The position numbers and the translations under genes are program-made. The notes below the pieces were generated by a model. That model saw only the letters and a program-made list of their open reading frames with translations. It was not told the origin of the DNA and made no database searches. A DNA stretch of 64,000 nt, from positions 512,001 through 576,000 of the forward strand of contig CBDCSU010000006.1 in assembly GCA_965221775.1 (NCBI GenBank), given 5' to 3'. Source of the stretch: Candidatus Latescibacterota bacterium (GTDB lineage: Bacteria > Latescibacterota > UBA2968 > UBA8231). Shown in pieces: positions 40,676 through 52,634 of this stretch (its first letter is position 1; the number at the start of each line of letters is the position of its first letter).

Positions 40676-41815
40676 TCAGGCGGCCGCCGCCAGCGCCGCC
40701 TCGATCTCCTCCAGCACCTCGGCGTCGGTCTCGCGGTCCCGCGCATCGCCCAGGGCCTGCCTGGCCTCGTCGCCCCCGAGCTGGCCCAGGGCCCAGGCCA
40801 CGTGGGCCCGCACCAGGGGCTCCTCCTCCCGCTCCAGGGCCCGCGCCAGGTGCGGCACCACCCGCCGGTCGCCGGCGTTGCCGAGGCTGACGGCGGCGTT
40901 GCGCAGCATGCCGCGGCGCTTGGGGCGCTTGGCCGGGTTGCGGCGGAAGCGCTCGTTGAAGGCGTCGCGGTCCATGGCCAGAAGCTCCACCAGGTCCACC
41001 GGGTCGAGGCCGGGCCGCGGGTGGAAGGCCTCCTCCCCCGTGGCTGGGGCGCGGCGGTTCCACGGGCAGACCTCCTGGCAGATGTCGCAGCCGAGGACCC
41101 AGTCGCCGACGCCTTCGCGCAGCTCCCGGGGAATCGCCTCCTTCAGCTCGATCGTCAGGTAGGAGATGCAGCGCCGCGCGTCGAGGACGTAGGGCTCGGG
41201 GAAGGCGCCGGTGGGGCAGGCCTCCAGGCACAGGGTGCAGGAGCCGCAGTGGTCGACCTCGGGCGTGTCGCAGGTCAGCTCGAGGGTGGTGACGATCTCG
41301 GCGAGGAAGAAGTACGAGCCGGCGCCGCGGTTGATGAGGCAGGTGTTCTTGCCCCACCAGCCGAGGCCGGCGCGGGCGGCCAGCTCGCGCTCGAGGACCG
41401 GCGCCGTGTCCACCGACCAGCGGCCCTCGCCGCCGCCGGCGCGCACCCGCAGCGCCTCCCACAGGCCCTTGAGGCGGCTCTCGATCAGGCCATGGTAGTC
41501 GTCGCCCCGGGCGTAGCGCGCGATCCGCCCCCGCGGCCGTCCGGGGACCGCCTCCGGCTCGGCGGAGTCCGGGGGATCGTAGTGCATGCCGAGGCAGATG
41601 ACGCTGCGCGCCCCCGGCACCCGCTTCCGCGGGTCGGACCGGCCTTCGAGGTTGCGCTCGAGCCAGGACATGCGGCCGGCGAAGCCGAGGGCCACCCAGC
41701 GCGCGTAGAACTCCGCGCCGGCGAGGGGATCGGCCGGGGTCACCCCGAAGAGGTCGAAACCCTGGCGCTCCGCCTGCTGGCGGGCGAACCGGGTCAGCGC
41801 CTCCCGATCGGACAC
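40676..41815 (-). CDS. queG: Epoxyqueuosine reductase
   Basis: YARGDDYH, VDTAPVLER, GWWGKN, CGSCTLC...CPT, CISYLTIE, GCDICQEVCPWN; HEAT-like tail. Confidence 0.95.
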   Translation of the reverse strand: MSDREALTRFARQQAERQGFDLFGVTPADPLAGAEFYARWVALGFAGRMSWLERNLEGRSDPRKRVPGARSVICLGMHYDPPDSAEPEAVPGRPRGRIARYARGDDYHGLIESRLKGLWEALRVRAGGGEGRWSVDTAPVLERELAARAGLGWWGKNTCLINRGAGSYFFLAEIVTTLELTCDTPEVDHCGSCTLCLEACPTGAFPEPYVLDARRCISYLTIELKEAIPRELREGVGDWVLGCDICQEVCPWNRRAPATGEEAFHPRPGLDPVDLVELLAMDRDAFNERFRRNPAKRPKRRGMLRNAAVSLGNAGDRRVVPHLARALEREEEPLVRAHVAWALGQLGGDEARQALGDARDRETDAEVLEEIEAALAAAA

Positions 41816-41834
41816 ACCGGTCCCCGCGGCCGGA

Positions 41835-43160
41835 CTACTGGAAGAGTTCCAGGACGGGGTTGAGGACGAACTGGTTGAGGTCGTTGAAGGTGACCATGAC
41901 CATGATGAAGAGGATGATCACCAGGCCGACCTGCTGGGCCACCTCCCGCTGGCGCACCGAGGGCGGGCGGCGCAGGATCGCCTCCAGGGTGAGGAAAGTG
42001 AGGTGGCCGCCGTCGAGGACGGGGATGGGCAGGAGGTTGAGGACGGCGAGGTTGACGCTGAGGAGGGCGAGGAACTGCAGGAAGTAGCGCAGCCCCATGT
42101 CGGCGGTGTCGTCGGCCATGATGGCGATGCGGATCGGGCCGCCGAGCTCCTTGTAGCGCCGGTCCTCGAAGATGCTGCCGAGGAAGTCGAGAATCAGCGA
42201 CGACGACGAGTAGACGCTCCAGGCGCCGATCTTCACCGCCTCCCACCAGCCGATGCTCACCGACCCCGACTGGTGGTGGCGGATGCCGATGATGCCGATC
42301 GGCTTGTCGCCCTCGAGCCGCTCCTCGGGGGTGATCATGGCGGTCATGGCGCGTCCGCCGCGCTGCCACCGCAGCTCGATCGCCTCGCCGGGGTGGACGC
42401 TGATCACCTCGCGCATGCCGGACCAGGTGGCCACCGGCTGGCCGTCCACGCCGGTGATCAGGTCGCCCCGCTGCAGGCCCAGCGCGGCGGCCGGGGTCCC
42501 GGGGTCGGTGCTGCCCACCCGCGGCGGCAGCATCACGGTCAGGCCGTAGGCGCCGGCCGGCTCGGCCGGCAGCTCCACCTCGACCAGGCCGCCGCCGCGC
42601 TCGACGGAGAGCACGGCGCCGGAGATGGAGGCCCGCTTCAGGCCCTCCACCAGCTCGTGGGCGTTGCTCACCGCCTTGCCGTCGACGGCGCGGATGACGT
42701 CGGCGTGGCGCAGGCCGGCGGCCGCGGCCACCGAGCCCTCGGCGGGATCGATGAGGGTCGACTCCACCGTCTCCATGCCGAAGCCGCCGTAGACGACGAC
42801 GAAGACGGCGAAGGCGAAGACGAAGTTCATCAGCGGGCCGGCGGCGATCACCGCCATGCGCACCGGCAGCGACTTGGAGGGGAACTCCCAGGGCTCGCCC
42901 CGGCTCTCCTCGGAGCCGACGTCGGCCATGCCCGCCACCTTCACGTAGCCGCCGAAGGGGATCCAGGAGATGCAGTACTCCGTCTCCCCCCGGACGAAGC
43001 CGACCATCTTCGGCGGGTAGCCGAGGGAGAACCGCTCGACGCGGATGCCGGCGCGCTTGGCCACCAGGAAGTGGCCGAGCTCGTGGACGAAGACCAGGAC
43101 GCCGAGGGCGATGAGGAACCAGGAGAGGCCGATGAGTCCGTCGAGGATCGATTCGAGCAC
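41835..43160 (-). CDS. rseP: RIP metalloprotease with two PDZ domains
   Basis: HELGH, GGYVK, AGPLMN, NLLPIPVLDGGH. Confidence 0.95.
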   Translation of the reverse strand: MLESILDGLIGLSWFLIALGVLVFVHELGHFLVAKRAGIRVERFSLGYPPKMVGFVRGETEYCISWIPFGGYVKVAGMADVGSEESRGEPWEFPSKSLPVRMAVIAAGPLMNFVFAFAVFVVVYGGFGMETVESTLIDPAEGSVAAAAGLRHADVIRAVDGKAVSNAHELVEGLKRASISGAVLSVERGGGLVEVELPAEPAGAYGLTVMLPPRVGSTDPGTPAAALGLQRGDLITGVDGQPVATWSGMREVISVHPGEAIELRWQRGGRAMTAMITPEERLEGDKPIGIIGIRHHQSGSVSIGWWEAVKIGAWSVYSSSSLILDFLGSIFEDRRYKELGGPIRIAIMADDTADMGLRYFLQFLALLSVNLAVLNLLPIPVLDGGHLTFLTLEAILRRPPSVRQREVAQQVGLVIILFIMVMVTFNDLNQFVLNPVLELFQ

Positions 43161-43168
43161 GGGGGGAG

Positions 43169-43981
43169 TCAGCTCCTGAAGACGACGGTGTAGACGTAGG
43201 CGAGGGGGAAGGCGAAGAGGTAGGAGTCGAAGCGGTCGAGCATGCCGCCGTGGCCGGGGATCAGGACCGGCGCGTCCTTGACGCCGAGGTCGCGCTTGAT
43301 CGCCGACTCCACCACGTCACCGGCCTGCCCGCCGAGGGAGACGAGGACGAACAGTCCGGCCAGCTCCGGCAGCGACCACGTGGGCAGCCAGGGCCACAGC
43401 AGCAGCGGCACCAGGCCGCCGGCGAGGCCGCAGACGAAACCGGCCACCGTCTTGGCGGGGCTGATCGCCGGCGCCAGCCGCCGCCGGCCCCATTGCCGGC
43501 CGCCCAGGTAGGCGGCGGTGTCGGTGAGCCAGATGCAGGCGAAGAGGGCGATCATCATCCAGCCCGCCTCGTCTCCGAGGCGCGGCGCCAGCAGCAGCGG
43601 CGCCGCCCCCAGGACGCCCACGTAGACCAGGCCCCCGAGGGTGACCAGGGCGTTGGCGAGGAAGCCCTCCACGCCCCGGCGCAGGGCCGCGGCCAGGGCC
43701 ACGACGACGGCGGCCATCAGCAGCACCGCCAGCCCCGCGTCGGCGCCGCGCACCTGCAGGTAGAGGCACCAGGCCAGGGCCAGGGCGACACCCACGCCGA
43801 CGGCGGGCCGGTGCCCGGCGCGGCTCGCCATGTGCAGCAGCTCCCAGGTGCCGCGGCCGACGACCAGGACCACCAGGGCGAAGAGCGCCCAGCCCCCCGC
43901 CCAGAGGGCCGCCAGGACGGCGGGCACGAAGACGCACGCCGACAGCGAGCGGCGCGCCAGGGAACGGTCTTCGGCGCTCAC
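43169..43981 (-). CDS. cdsA: Phosphatidate cytidylyltransferase
   Basis: DTAAY, ISPAKT, GDVVESAIKR..GVKD, PGHGGMLDRFDS. Confidence 0.95.
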   Translation of the reverse strand: MSAEDRSLARRSLSACVFVPAVLAALWAGGWALFALVVLVVGRGTWELLHMASRAGHRPAVGVGVALALAWCLYLQVRGADAGLAVLLMAAVVVALAAALRRGVEGFLANALVTLGGLVYVGVLGAAPLLLAPRLGDEAGWMMIALFACIWLTDTAAYLGGRQWGRRRLAPAISPAKTVAGFVCGLAGGLVPLLLWPWLPTWSLPELAGLFVLVSLGGQAGDVVESAIKRDLGVKDAPVLIPGHGGMLDRFDSYLFAFPLAYVYTVVFRS

Positions 43982-43984
43982 GGA

Positions 43985-44758
43985 TCACACGCCGAAGCGC
44001 CGCTGCCGCTGCTGGAAGGCGCGAACCGCCTCGTACAGGTGGTGGCGCCGGAAGTCGGGCCAGAACACGGGGGTGAACCAGATCTCGGTGTAGACCATCT
44101 GCCAGGGGAGGAAGTTGCTCAGCCGCATCTCGCCGCTGCAGCGGATCAGCAGGTCGGGGTCGGGCAGGCCGCCGGTGTAGAGCGCCCCGCCGAGGGCGTC
44201 CTCATCGATCTCGCCGGGGTCGAGAGAGCCGTCGCGCACCCGCCGGGCCAGCTCGCGGCAGGCGTCGACGAGCTCGGCGCGGCCGCCGTAGTTGAGGGCC
44301 AGGTTGAGGATGAGGCCGGTGTTGCCGGCGGTCTCGGCGAGGGCGTCGTCGAGGGCCTCGCGGACCCGGGCGGGCAGGCCGTCGAGGCGGCCCACGGCGT
44401 TGAGGCGCACCCGGTTGTCGTGCAGCTCCGGCGTCTCCTGGCGCAGCGACTCCTCGAGCCAGTGCATGAGGGCGCGGACCTCGTGGCGGGGCCGGTTCCA
44501 GTTCTCGCTGGAGAAGGTGTAGAGGGTGAGGACCTCGATCTCCAGCTGGCCGCAGGCGCGCACGATGTCGCGCACCGACTCGCGGCCGTGGCGGTGGCCC
44601 TCGGTGAGCTTGAGGCCGCGCTCCTTGGCCCAGCGCCGGTCGCCGTCCATGATGATGGCAACGTGCCGGGGCAGCGGCCCCGACTCCCTCAGGCGGCGCT
44701 GGAGATCGGCGTCGGCGGGGCTCTGGGCGGCCGGGGCGGGGCGTGTGCTGACGGTCAT
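43985..44758 (-). CDS. uppS: Undecaprenyl diphosphate synthase (cis-prenyltransferase)
   Basis: PRHVAIIMDG, FSSENWNRP, NYGGR, PDLLIR.SGE.RLSNFL.WQ, RRFG. Confidence 0.92.
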   Translation of the reverse strand: MTVSTRPAPAAQSPADADLQRRLRESGPLPRHVAIIMDGDRRWAKERGLKLTEGHRHGRESVRDIVRACGQLEIEVLTLYTFSSENWNRPRHEVRALMHWLEESLRQETPELHDNRVRLNAVGRLDGLPARVREALDDALAETAGNTGLILNLALNYGGRAELVDACRELARRVRDGSLDPGEIDEDALGGALYTGGLPDPDLLIRCSGEMRLSNFLPWQMVYTEIWFTPVFWPDFRRHHLYEAVRAFQQRQRRFGV

Positions 44759-44893
44759 GGGGATTCGGCCGAATCGATTGGCTGCAAAGAAGTTATCGAA
44801 TCTACCGATTGGCCGCCGGGGCGTCCACATGGCGGCTCCGGCCGTCCGGCGGCCGGTTGACATGCGGACGGGCACGACTCTTGCATCCCCGCC

Positions 44894-45481
44894 ATGACCG
44901 ACCCGATCCCGCTGCAGAAGGCGCGCCGGCGCAGCGAGGCCCTGCGGTTGCTCGGAGAGCTGGCCCCCGGGCATGTAGCCGCCGCGAGCGGGCGCATCGC
45001 CCGGCGGGTCCTGGAGTCCCCGGCCTGGGGCCGCGCGCGGACGGTGCACACCTACGTCAGCAGCCTCCCCGGGGAGGTCGACACCCACGCCCTCGTCGAC
45101 GCCGCCCGGGCCCGGGGCATGCGCGTCCTCGTGCCGGTGGTGGCCGGCCGCCGGGAGCCGCTGCGCCACGCCGAGATCGGCGGCCTCGGAGAGCTGGCCC
45201 GGGGCCCCCTGGGCCTGCTGCAGCCGCGGAGTCCGCGGTTCGTCGAGCCCGCCCCGGACCTCGTCCTCGTCCCGGGGCTGCTCTTCGACCGGCGGGGCGG
45301 CCGCATCGGCCGCGGCGGCGGCTACTACGACCGCTTTCTCGCGGGGCTGGCCGGCGGCGAGAGGATCGGTCTGATTTACGACGAGCTCTTCGTCGACCGG
45401 GTCCCCACCGAGGACCACGATGTCGCCGTCGACGCCGTCGCCACCCCCTCCGGCCTGCACCCGAGGAGAGAGCCCCCATGA
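44894..45481 (+). CDS. ygfA: 5-formyltetrahydrofolate cyclo-ligase
   Basis: EVDT, LVPGL.FD..G.RIGRGGGYYDRFL, HDV.VD. Confidence 0.88.
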   Translation: MTDPIPLQKARRRSEALRLLGELAPGHVAAASGRIARRVLESPAWGRARTVHTYVSSLPGEVDTHALVDAARARGMRVLVPVVAGRREPLRHAEIGGLGELARGPLGLLQPRSPRFVEPAPDLVLVPGLLFDRRGGRIGRGGGYYDRFLAGLAGGERIGLIYDELFVDRVPTEDHDVAVDAVATPSGLHPRREPP

Positions 45482-45786
45482 TCTTCGAGCTGCGCATCTA
45501 CCGACTGCACCCGGGCCAGAGGCCCGCCTTCGTGCGCCAGTTCCGCCGGGCCCGCCGCTTCATGAGCAAGTACGGCGTCACCTTCGTCGCCGCCTGGGAG
45601 ACCGACCGCGACGACGAGTTCGCCTGGATGCGCGCCTTCCCCAGCCGCAAGGCGCGGGACGAGGCGATCGACGCCTATTACAGCAGCCCCGAGTGGCTGC
45701 GCATCGTCGACGACCTGCGGCCCATGATCCGCCGCCGGGAGGTGCGGGTCATGGACAAGATCACCGACAAGGGGTCGCTGTTGTAG
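45478..45786 (+). CDS. NIPSNAP-family protein
   Basis: MIFELRIYRL.PG..., FAWMRAF, YYSSPEW; ATGA overlap with the upstream gene. Confidence 0.8.
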   Translation: MIFELRIYRLHPGQRPAFVRQFRRARRFMSKYGVTFVAAWETDRDDEFAWMRAFPSRKARDEAIDAYYSSPEWLRIVDDLRPMIRRREVRVMDKITDKGSLL

Positions 45787-45833
45787 CCTCGAGCAGGCCC
45801 CGTCCGTAGTTTCACCCTCACCCCGAGGACCTC

Positions 45834-46862
<1,029 letters not shown>

Positions 46863-46872
46863 GCCCGCCCGC

Positions 46873-47445
46873 GTGCCGCCCCGACCCTTCGACCCGGGCA
46901 TCGGCCGCTACGCGCCCGGGACACCTTTCCCGCCGTACCGCCACGAGCCCGGCGTGACCCCGCACCCGCGCACCGATCCCCGCGGCCACGGCCACGGCGA
47001 GCCCGAGCCGGCCAGCGCCCCCCTCACCGGCGGCAACTGGAGCACCCACCCCGCCTACCTGCTCGGGGCAGATCTCTTCAACCACGCCTACTGGTGGGAG
47101 TCCCACGAGTGGTGGGAGGCGGCCTGGCGGGCCACGGAGGACGAGACCACGCGGACCTACCTGCAGGGGCTGATTCAGCTCGCGGCGGCGCTGATCAAGT
47201 GGCACGCCGGCAACCCCCGCGGCCGGCGGCGGCTGTGGCGGCGCAGCCGCCAGCGGCTGCGGAGCGTGGCCGCCCGGGACCCGGTCTTTCTCGGCGCCGA
47301 CGTGGTGGACCTGGTGGAGCGCGCCGGGGTACTGCTGGAGGCGGAGACCGCCGGGGGCTCGTCGGAGGCGCCGGTGGAGGGACCGACGCTGCGGCTGGAC
47401 CTGCCCCGGCACGGCGGGCGGCCTGCCGGGGCCGCCTCCGCCTGA
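46873..47445 (+). CDS. DUF309-domain protein
   Basis: LFNHAYWWESHEWWE.AW...LQGLIQLAAA. Confidence 0.8.
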   Translation: MPPRPFDPGIGRYAPGTPFPPYRHEPGVTPHPRTDPRGHGHGEPEPASAPLTGGNWSTHPAYLLGADLFNHAYWWESHEWWEAAWRATEDETTRTYLQGLIQLAAALIKWHAGNPRGRRRLWRRSRQRLRSVAARDPVFLGADVVDLVERAGVLLEAETAGGSSEAPVEGPTLRLDLPRHGGRPAGAASA

Positions 47446-47731
47446 AGCCCAAGGCGCGCCCGGTGGAGGTGCGCCGGCCGCCAATCCACTCTCGCTCAGG
47501 CCGAAGGCCACCCCCCCGGCTGTCCGAGGCGCGGCTGTCCGGGCGCCCCCTCTCGCTGTTGCAGCAGCCCTGGAGGCGGTGGGGGTGCGCACCGTTCCCC
47601 CTCACGCTGAGGGCAGGCGTCGGGGCAAGCGCGGCGGTAGCGGGCCGGGTGCTCCGGCCGCCGCTCGGGGCGCGCCGATCCGCGCAGGCACGGCCGCCCG
47701 CTCCCGCCGGGGCCGCTGAGGCCGCTCCGCC

Positions 47732-48652
47732 TCAGCCCGCGGCCGTGGCGGAACGCCAGTCCTCAACCATCCCGTGCGCCTCGAGGAAGGCCTCCACGAG
47801 GGCGCGCACGGCGGGTCCGAACCAGCGCCCCCGCCGCCAGGCGAGGCCGATCTGCCGCGACAGGGCCACCCCCGGGACGCGGACCTCGCGCAGGGCGCCG
47901 CTTTCCAGCGACTCGGCCACGGCCAGGCGCGGCAGGAAGGAGATGCCGATGCCGGCCTCCACCAGCTTGCGCATCGCCTCGGGGCTGCCCATCTCCATCG
48001 CCGCCCGCGGCGCCACCCCGGCCTCGGCGAGGCCCGCGTCGACGATGCGCCGCGACACCGACCCCGGCGGGAACAGGATCAGCGGCTCGCGGGCGACCTG
48101 CTCGAGGGAGATCCGCCGGCGGCGCGCCAGCCGATGGCCGGCGCCCACGACCAGGGGCATCTCGTCGCGCAGAACGGGAAGCGTGGACAACCGCGGGTCC
48201 TCGAAGGGCAGGGAGATGACGGCGAACTCCGAGCGGTTGGCCAGCACCTCCTCCACCAGGTGGCGGGAGGAGGGCCCCACCTCGATGGCCAGCTCCACCC
48301 CCGGGTGGGCGGCCACGTAGCCGCGCAGCACCTCCGGCAGCAGGTAGATGACGGCGGCGTCGATGGCGCCGAAACGGAAACCGTCTCCCGACCCCGGCTC
48401 GCCGCCGCCGACGCTCTCCCGGGCCTCGTCGACGAGGTCCTCGATGCGCACCGCGAAGTCCACGAGGCGGCGGCCCTCGTCGGTCACCTCCACCTGCCGG
48501 CCCCGGTGGAAGAGGCGCACCCCCAGGGACTGCTCCAGCTCGGCGATGGCGCTGGAGACGGTGGGCTGGGTCACGTGCAGGGCCCGGGCGGCCTGGGTGA
48601 AGCCGCCGCCCCGGGCGGCGGCGAGGAAGTAGCGCAGGTGGTGAAGGTTCAT
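47732..48652 (-). CDS. LysR-family transcriptional regulator
   Basis: LRYFLA...FTQAARALHVTQPTVS..I.ELE..LG..LF.R HTH; V.AG.GISFLP. Confidence 0.93.
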   Translation of the reverse strand: MNLHHLRYFLAAARGGGFTQAARALHVTQPTVSSAIAELEQSLGVRLFHRGRQVEVTDEGRRLVDFAVRIEDLVDEARESVGGGEPGSGDGFRFGAIDAAVIYLLPEVLRGYVAAHPGVELAIEVGPSSRHLVEEVLANRSEFAVISLPFEDPRLSTLPVLRDEMPLVVGAGHRLARRRRISLEQVAREPLILFPPGSVSRRIVDAGLAEAGVAPRAAMEMGSPEAMRKLVEAGIGISFLPRLAVAESLESGALREVRVPGVALSRQIGLAWRRGRWFGPAVRALVEAFLEAHGMVEDWRSATAAG

Positions 48653-48653
48653 G

Positions 48654-48668
48654 ATAGGCTTGGTCTAT
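48654..48668. promoter_or_regulatory. LysR box (T-N11-A)
   Basis: ATAG-GCTTGGT-CTAT dyad next to the lysR start, in the AT-rich divergent region. Confidence 0.6.
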
Positions 48669-48777
48669 CGTTGGCATAGAAACTATCGATTTGTGCAATG
48701 AGAGAGAAGGCCTAGGTTCGTGCCGCGGCGGGCTATCCCCGGCCGCCGATCCCCCCACCAAGCCAGGAGCTGCCTCC

Positions 48778-50091
<1,314 letters not shown>

Positions 50092-50263
50092 GGGCTCCCG
50101 GACGGGGCAGGCAGGACCATCCTCGCGCGGCTCCCCCCTCGCTGATCCCCCCCGCCTCGACCGGTCCGGCCCACTCCGCACCGCCGTCGACTCCAGGGTT
50201 GCTCGGGATGTCCCCCGTCCATAGGTTGGCCGCCACTCCCCCGCCCACCCCTTCGGAGGTGAA

Positions 50264-51265
50264 ATGACCACGGCACATCGCCTTGCCGATGCACCGCCGA
50301 TGGCTGCCATGGGCTCTCCCAGCGATGTCGGGAGCCTAGGCGACTTGGTGCCGGAGCCGCTCCGGCAACTGCTGGAAGAACACGGCCAGAAGGCGATCCC
50401 ACTGATCGCCAGGGATCCTTCCCTTGGCCGGTTGGCCGAGTCCGCCAGCCAGTCCGTGGAGACGTGGCACAGACTCTACAACGCCGACGCGCGGGGATTG
50501 CAGTTCCTCGCCGACGACAGCATCCACCTCGTGGTCACCTCACCGCCGTACTGGACACTGAAAGAGTATGACGAGGCGGACGGCCAGCTCGGCAGCGTCT
50601 CGGACTACGACTCGTTCCTGGATGAACTGGACAAGGTCTGGTCAGAGGTTCTCAGAGTACTGGTCCCCGGCGGGCGCCTGGTAGTCGTGGTCGGGGACGT
50701 CTGCCTGTCCCGCAAGAAGCACGGCCGGCACGTGGTCTATCCCCTGCATTCGAGCATTCAGGAACGTTGCAGGGCCTTGGGATTCGACAACCTCACCCCG
50801 ATCATCTGGCACAAGATCGCCAACGCCCGCCTGGAGGTGGAGAATGGAAGCGGCTTCCTCGGGAAGCCGTACGAGCCCAACGCCGTCGTGAAGAACGACA
50901 TGGAGTTCATCCTCTTTCAGCGCAAGCCGGGAGGGTATCGACAACCCGAGGCGGCGGCTCGCTTGCTCTCGGCGATTCCGCAGGACCGTCACAAGCAGTG
51001 GTACCAGCAGATATGGACCATGCCCGGCGCCTCGACGCGGAACCACCCGGCGCCATTCCCCATGGACCTGGCCGAGCGCCTCGTCCGGATGTTCTCCTTC
51101 GTCGGCGACACCGTGCTGGATCCCTTCACCGGCACGGGGACCACGAACCTTGCGGCGAGAGCCTGGGGGCGAAACAGCATCGGTGTCGAGGTGTGCGAGA
51201 ACTACTTCGATATCGCCAGGACGCGGTTGCAGTCGCAGCAACTGAGGCTGGGCCAGATCGAATGA
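50264..51265 (+). CDS. Beta-class amino (N4C/N6A) DNA methyltransferase
   Basis: Motif IV VTSPPYW precedes motif I VLDPFTGTGTT; HPAPFP; start could be at a downstream Met. Confidence 0.9.
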   Translation: MTTAHRLADAPPMAAMGSPSDVGSLGDLVPEPLRQLLEEHGQKAIPLIARDPSLGRLAESASQSVETWHRLYNADARGLQFLADDSIHLVVTSPPYWTLKEYDEADGQLGSVSDYDSFLDELDKVWSEVLRVLVPGGRLVVVVGDVCLSRKKHGRHVVYPLHSSIQERCRALGFDNLTPIIWHKIANARLEVENGSGFLGKPYEPNAVVKNDMEFILFQRKPGGYRQPEAAARLLSAIPQDRHKQWYQQIWTMPGASTRNHPAPFPMDLAERLVRMFSFVGDTVLDPFTGTGTTNLAARAWGRNSIGVEVCENYFDIARTRLQSQQLRLGQIE

Positions 51266-51993
51266 GCCCCATCCCTGCTGGTATCGACAACTTCGTGCAC
51301 CATCTCCGGTCCGAGGGGTATCACCCTCGCTCCGACAAGCACAGCAATTCCCTGAGTTGCTCCGTGGTGGGAGACCTGCTGTCCCGGTGTCCGCTGATCC
51401 GGTCTCAAGCAGCCGCTGGAGACTTGGTCTTCAGCTTCAACTTCGACCTGCTTCAGGGCACTTCGGGCTGGAACGTCGATCTCGTCCTGGGAACACCGTC
51501 ACCGGCCGACAGGCAGGCCGTGACCGAGGGAGAGATGCGCCGGGCACCCGCGTCCACCGTTCGGATCGCCATCGAGCACAAGGCCGTGATGACGGAACAC
51601 CACAAGGCGGTGAGGAACAGGAAGCGGGACTTCGAAGCACACCACGAGCACGTGCACAGGTACAGCTCATCCGCCATTGCCGGAGGGATCCTGATCGTGA
51701 ATGGATCCTCCTCGTTCAAGTCTCCTCTTCGCCCGGAAATCACCCAGCATCGAGATCCGAAGGCGCTCCTCGGGCATTGCATCGATCAGATGAGGGCGGT
51801 CTCTCAGAGAACGGACTCCACGGAGTCCGGCCTGGAGGCGAAGGCGGTTGTCGCTGTTGACCTCGACAACGTGAACCTGGACCGGGCCAGTCTCTACACG
51901 TCACCACCGGCTCCCCAAGTCGGGGATCCACTCCACTACGACGCCTTCATCGAACGTCTCTGCACCCTGTACATGGAGCGGTTCCCGACCTGA
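51262..51993 (+). CDS. Putative type II restriction endonuclease
   Basis: ATGA overlap with the MTase; VDLVLG...IAIEHK PD-(D/E)XK-like motif; 243 aa. Confidence 0.65.
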   Translation: MSPIPAGIDNFVHHLRSEGYHPRSDKHSNSLSCSVVGDLLSRCPLIRSQAAAGDLVFSFNFDLLQGTSGWNVDLVLGTPSPADRQAVTEGEMRRAPASTVRIAIEHKAVMTEHHKAVRNRKRDFEAHHEHVHRYSSSAIAGGILIVNGSSSFKSPLRPEITQHRDPKALLGHCIDQMRAVSQRTDSTESGLEAKAVVAVDLDNVNLDRASLYTSPPAPQVGDPLHYDAFIERLCTLYMERFPT

Positions 51994-52021
51994 GCCCCGG
52001 GGCTCCCTCCGCCTCAGCACA

Positions 52022-52126
52022 TCAGCCGAAGGTGCCGTCCTTGCGCTGGTGGAGCCAGACGTGGTTGCCGTCCGGGTCCTCGATGCAGGAGAGATGGCAG
52101 ATGGGGCTCTCCTGGGCCGGGAAGGG
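52022..52126 (-). pseudogene. 3' remnant of a VOC/glyoxalase-family gene
   Basis: Reads PFPAQESPICHLSCIEDPDGNHVWLHQRKDGTFG*; in-frame TGA immediately upstream; no start codon. Confidence 0.65.
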
Positions 52127-52220
52127 TCAAGGGGCTATTCCTGTCATCGCCGGAGGATGGCCCCTGACAGCCCTTTCAAGCCCCGGCGCCCCCGTTGCCC
52201 GGCCCGCGCCGAATCGGCGT

Positions 52221-52249
52221 TTGACGGCCCTCTCGGGCCGCCGTATCGT
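52221..52249 (+). promoter_or_regulatory. Sigma70-type promoter
   Basis: TTGACG-N17-TATCGT upstream of AAGGA RBS and ATG at 52287. Confidence 0.55.
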
Positions 52250-52286
52250 GGCCCGGCTCAAGGCCCCCTTACAAGGAACCCACGCC

Positions 52287-52502
52287 ATGATCCGTATGAC
52301 CACCTGGGTGGCCGCCGTCTTGGTGGTATTGATCGTGGCCGTTGCGATCGTTGTTTGCGTTCATCTTTGGACGACGAATCTTCGATACGAGATCGTCGGG
52401 GACGGACGCGCGGTTCACGTCCTCGACCGCAAGACAGGGACGATCCAGTGGATCGTAGACGGCGAGGTGCGCAATTCCACCGGCCCCTATCTCATTCGAT
52501 GA
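52287..52502 (+). CDS. Small single-TM hypothetical protein (71 aa)
   Basis: Hydrophobic N-terminus, then RYEIV...VLDRKTG; promoter and RBS present. Confidence 0.6.
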   Translation: MIRMTTWVAAVLVVLIVAVAIVVCVHLWTTNLRYEIVGDGRAVHVLDRKTGTIQWIVDGEVRNSTGPYLIR

Positions 52503-52634
52503 CCCTTTGGATAGCGTTGGGGAAGCCAAGGCGGTACCGGATCGACAGTTGGCAGTGCTAGTCTGGGCACCTCTCTCTTACCGTTCGATCCAGTGACTAC
52601 TACTTTGCGTTCACACGATTGAGAAGGCGCCGAG

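Noticed and set aside
44759-44893. 6S RNA upstream of ygfA
   Set aside because: Only 135 bp shared by divergent promoters; just a short imperfect inverted repeat, too small for a ~180-nt 6S rod
47446-47731. Structured ncRNA in the 286-bp GC-rich gap between convergent genes
   Set aside because: Only short repeats (GGCTGTCC, CTCTCGCT) and a small hairpin; no recognisable tRNA, riboswitch or SRP motif; an Rfam search would be needed
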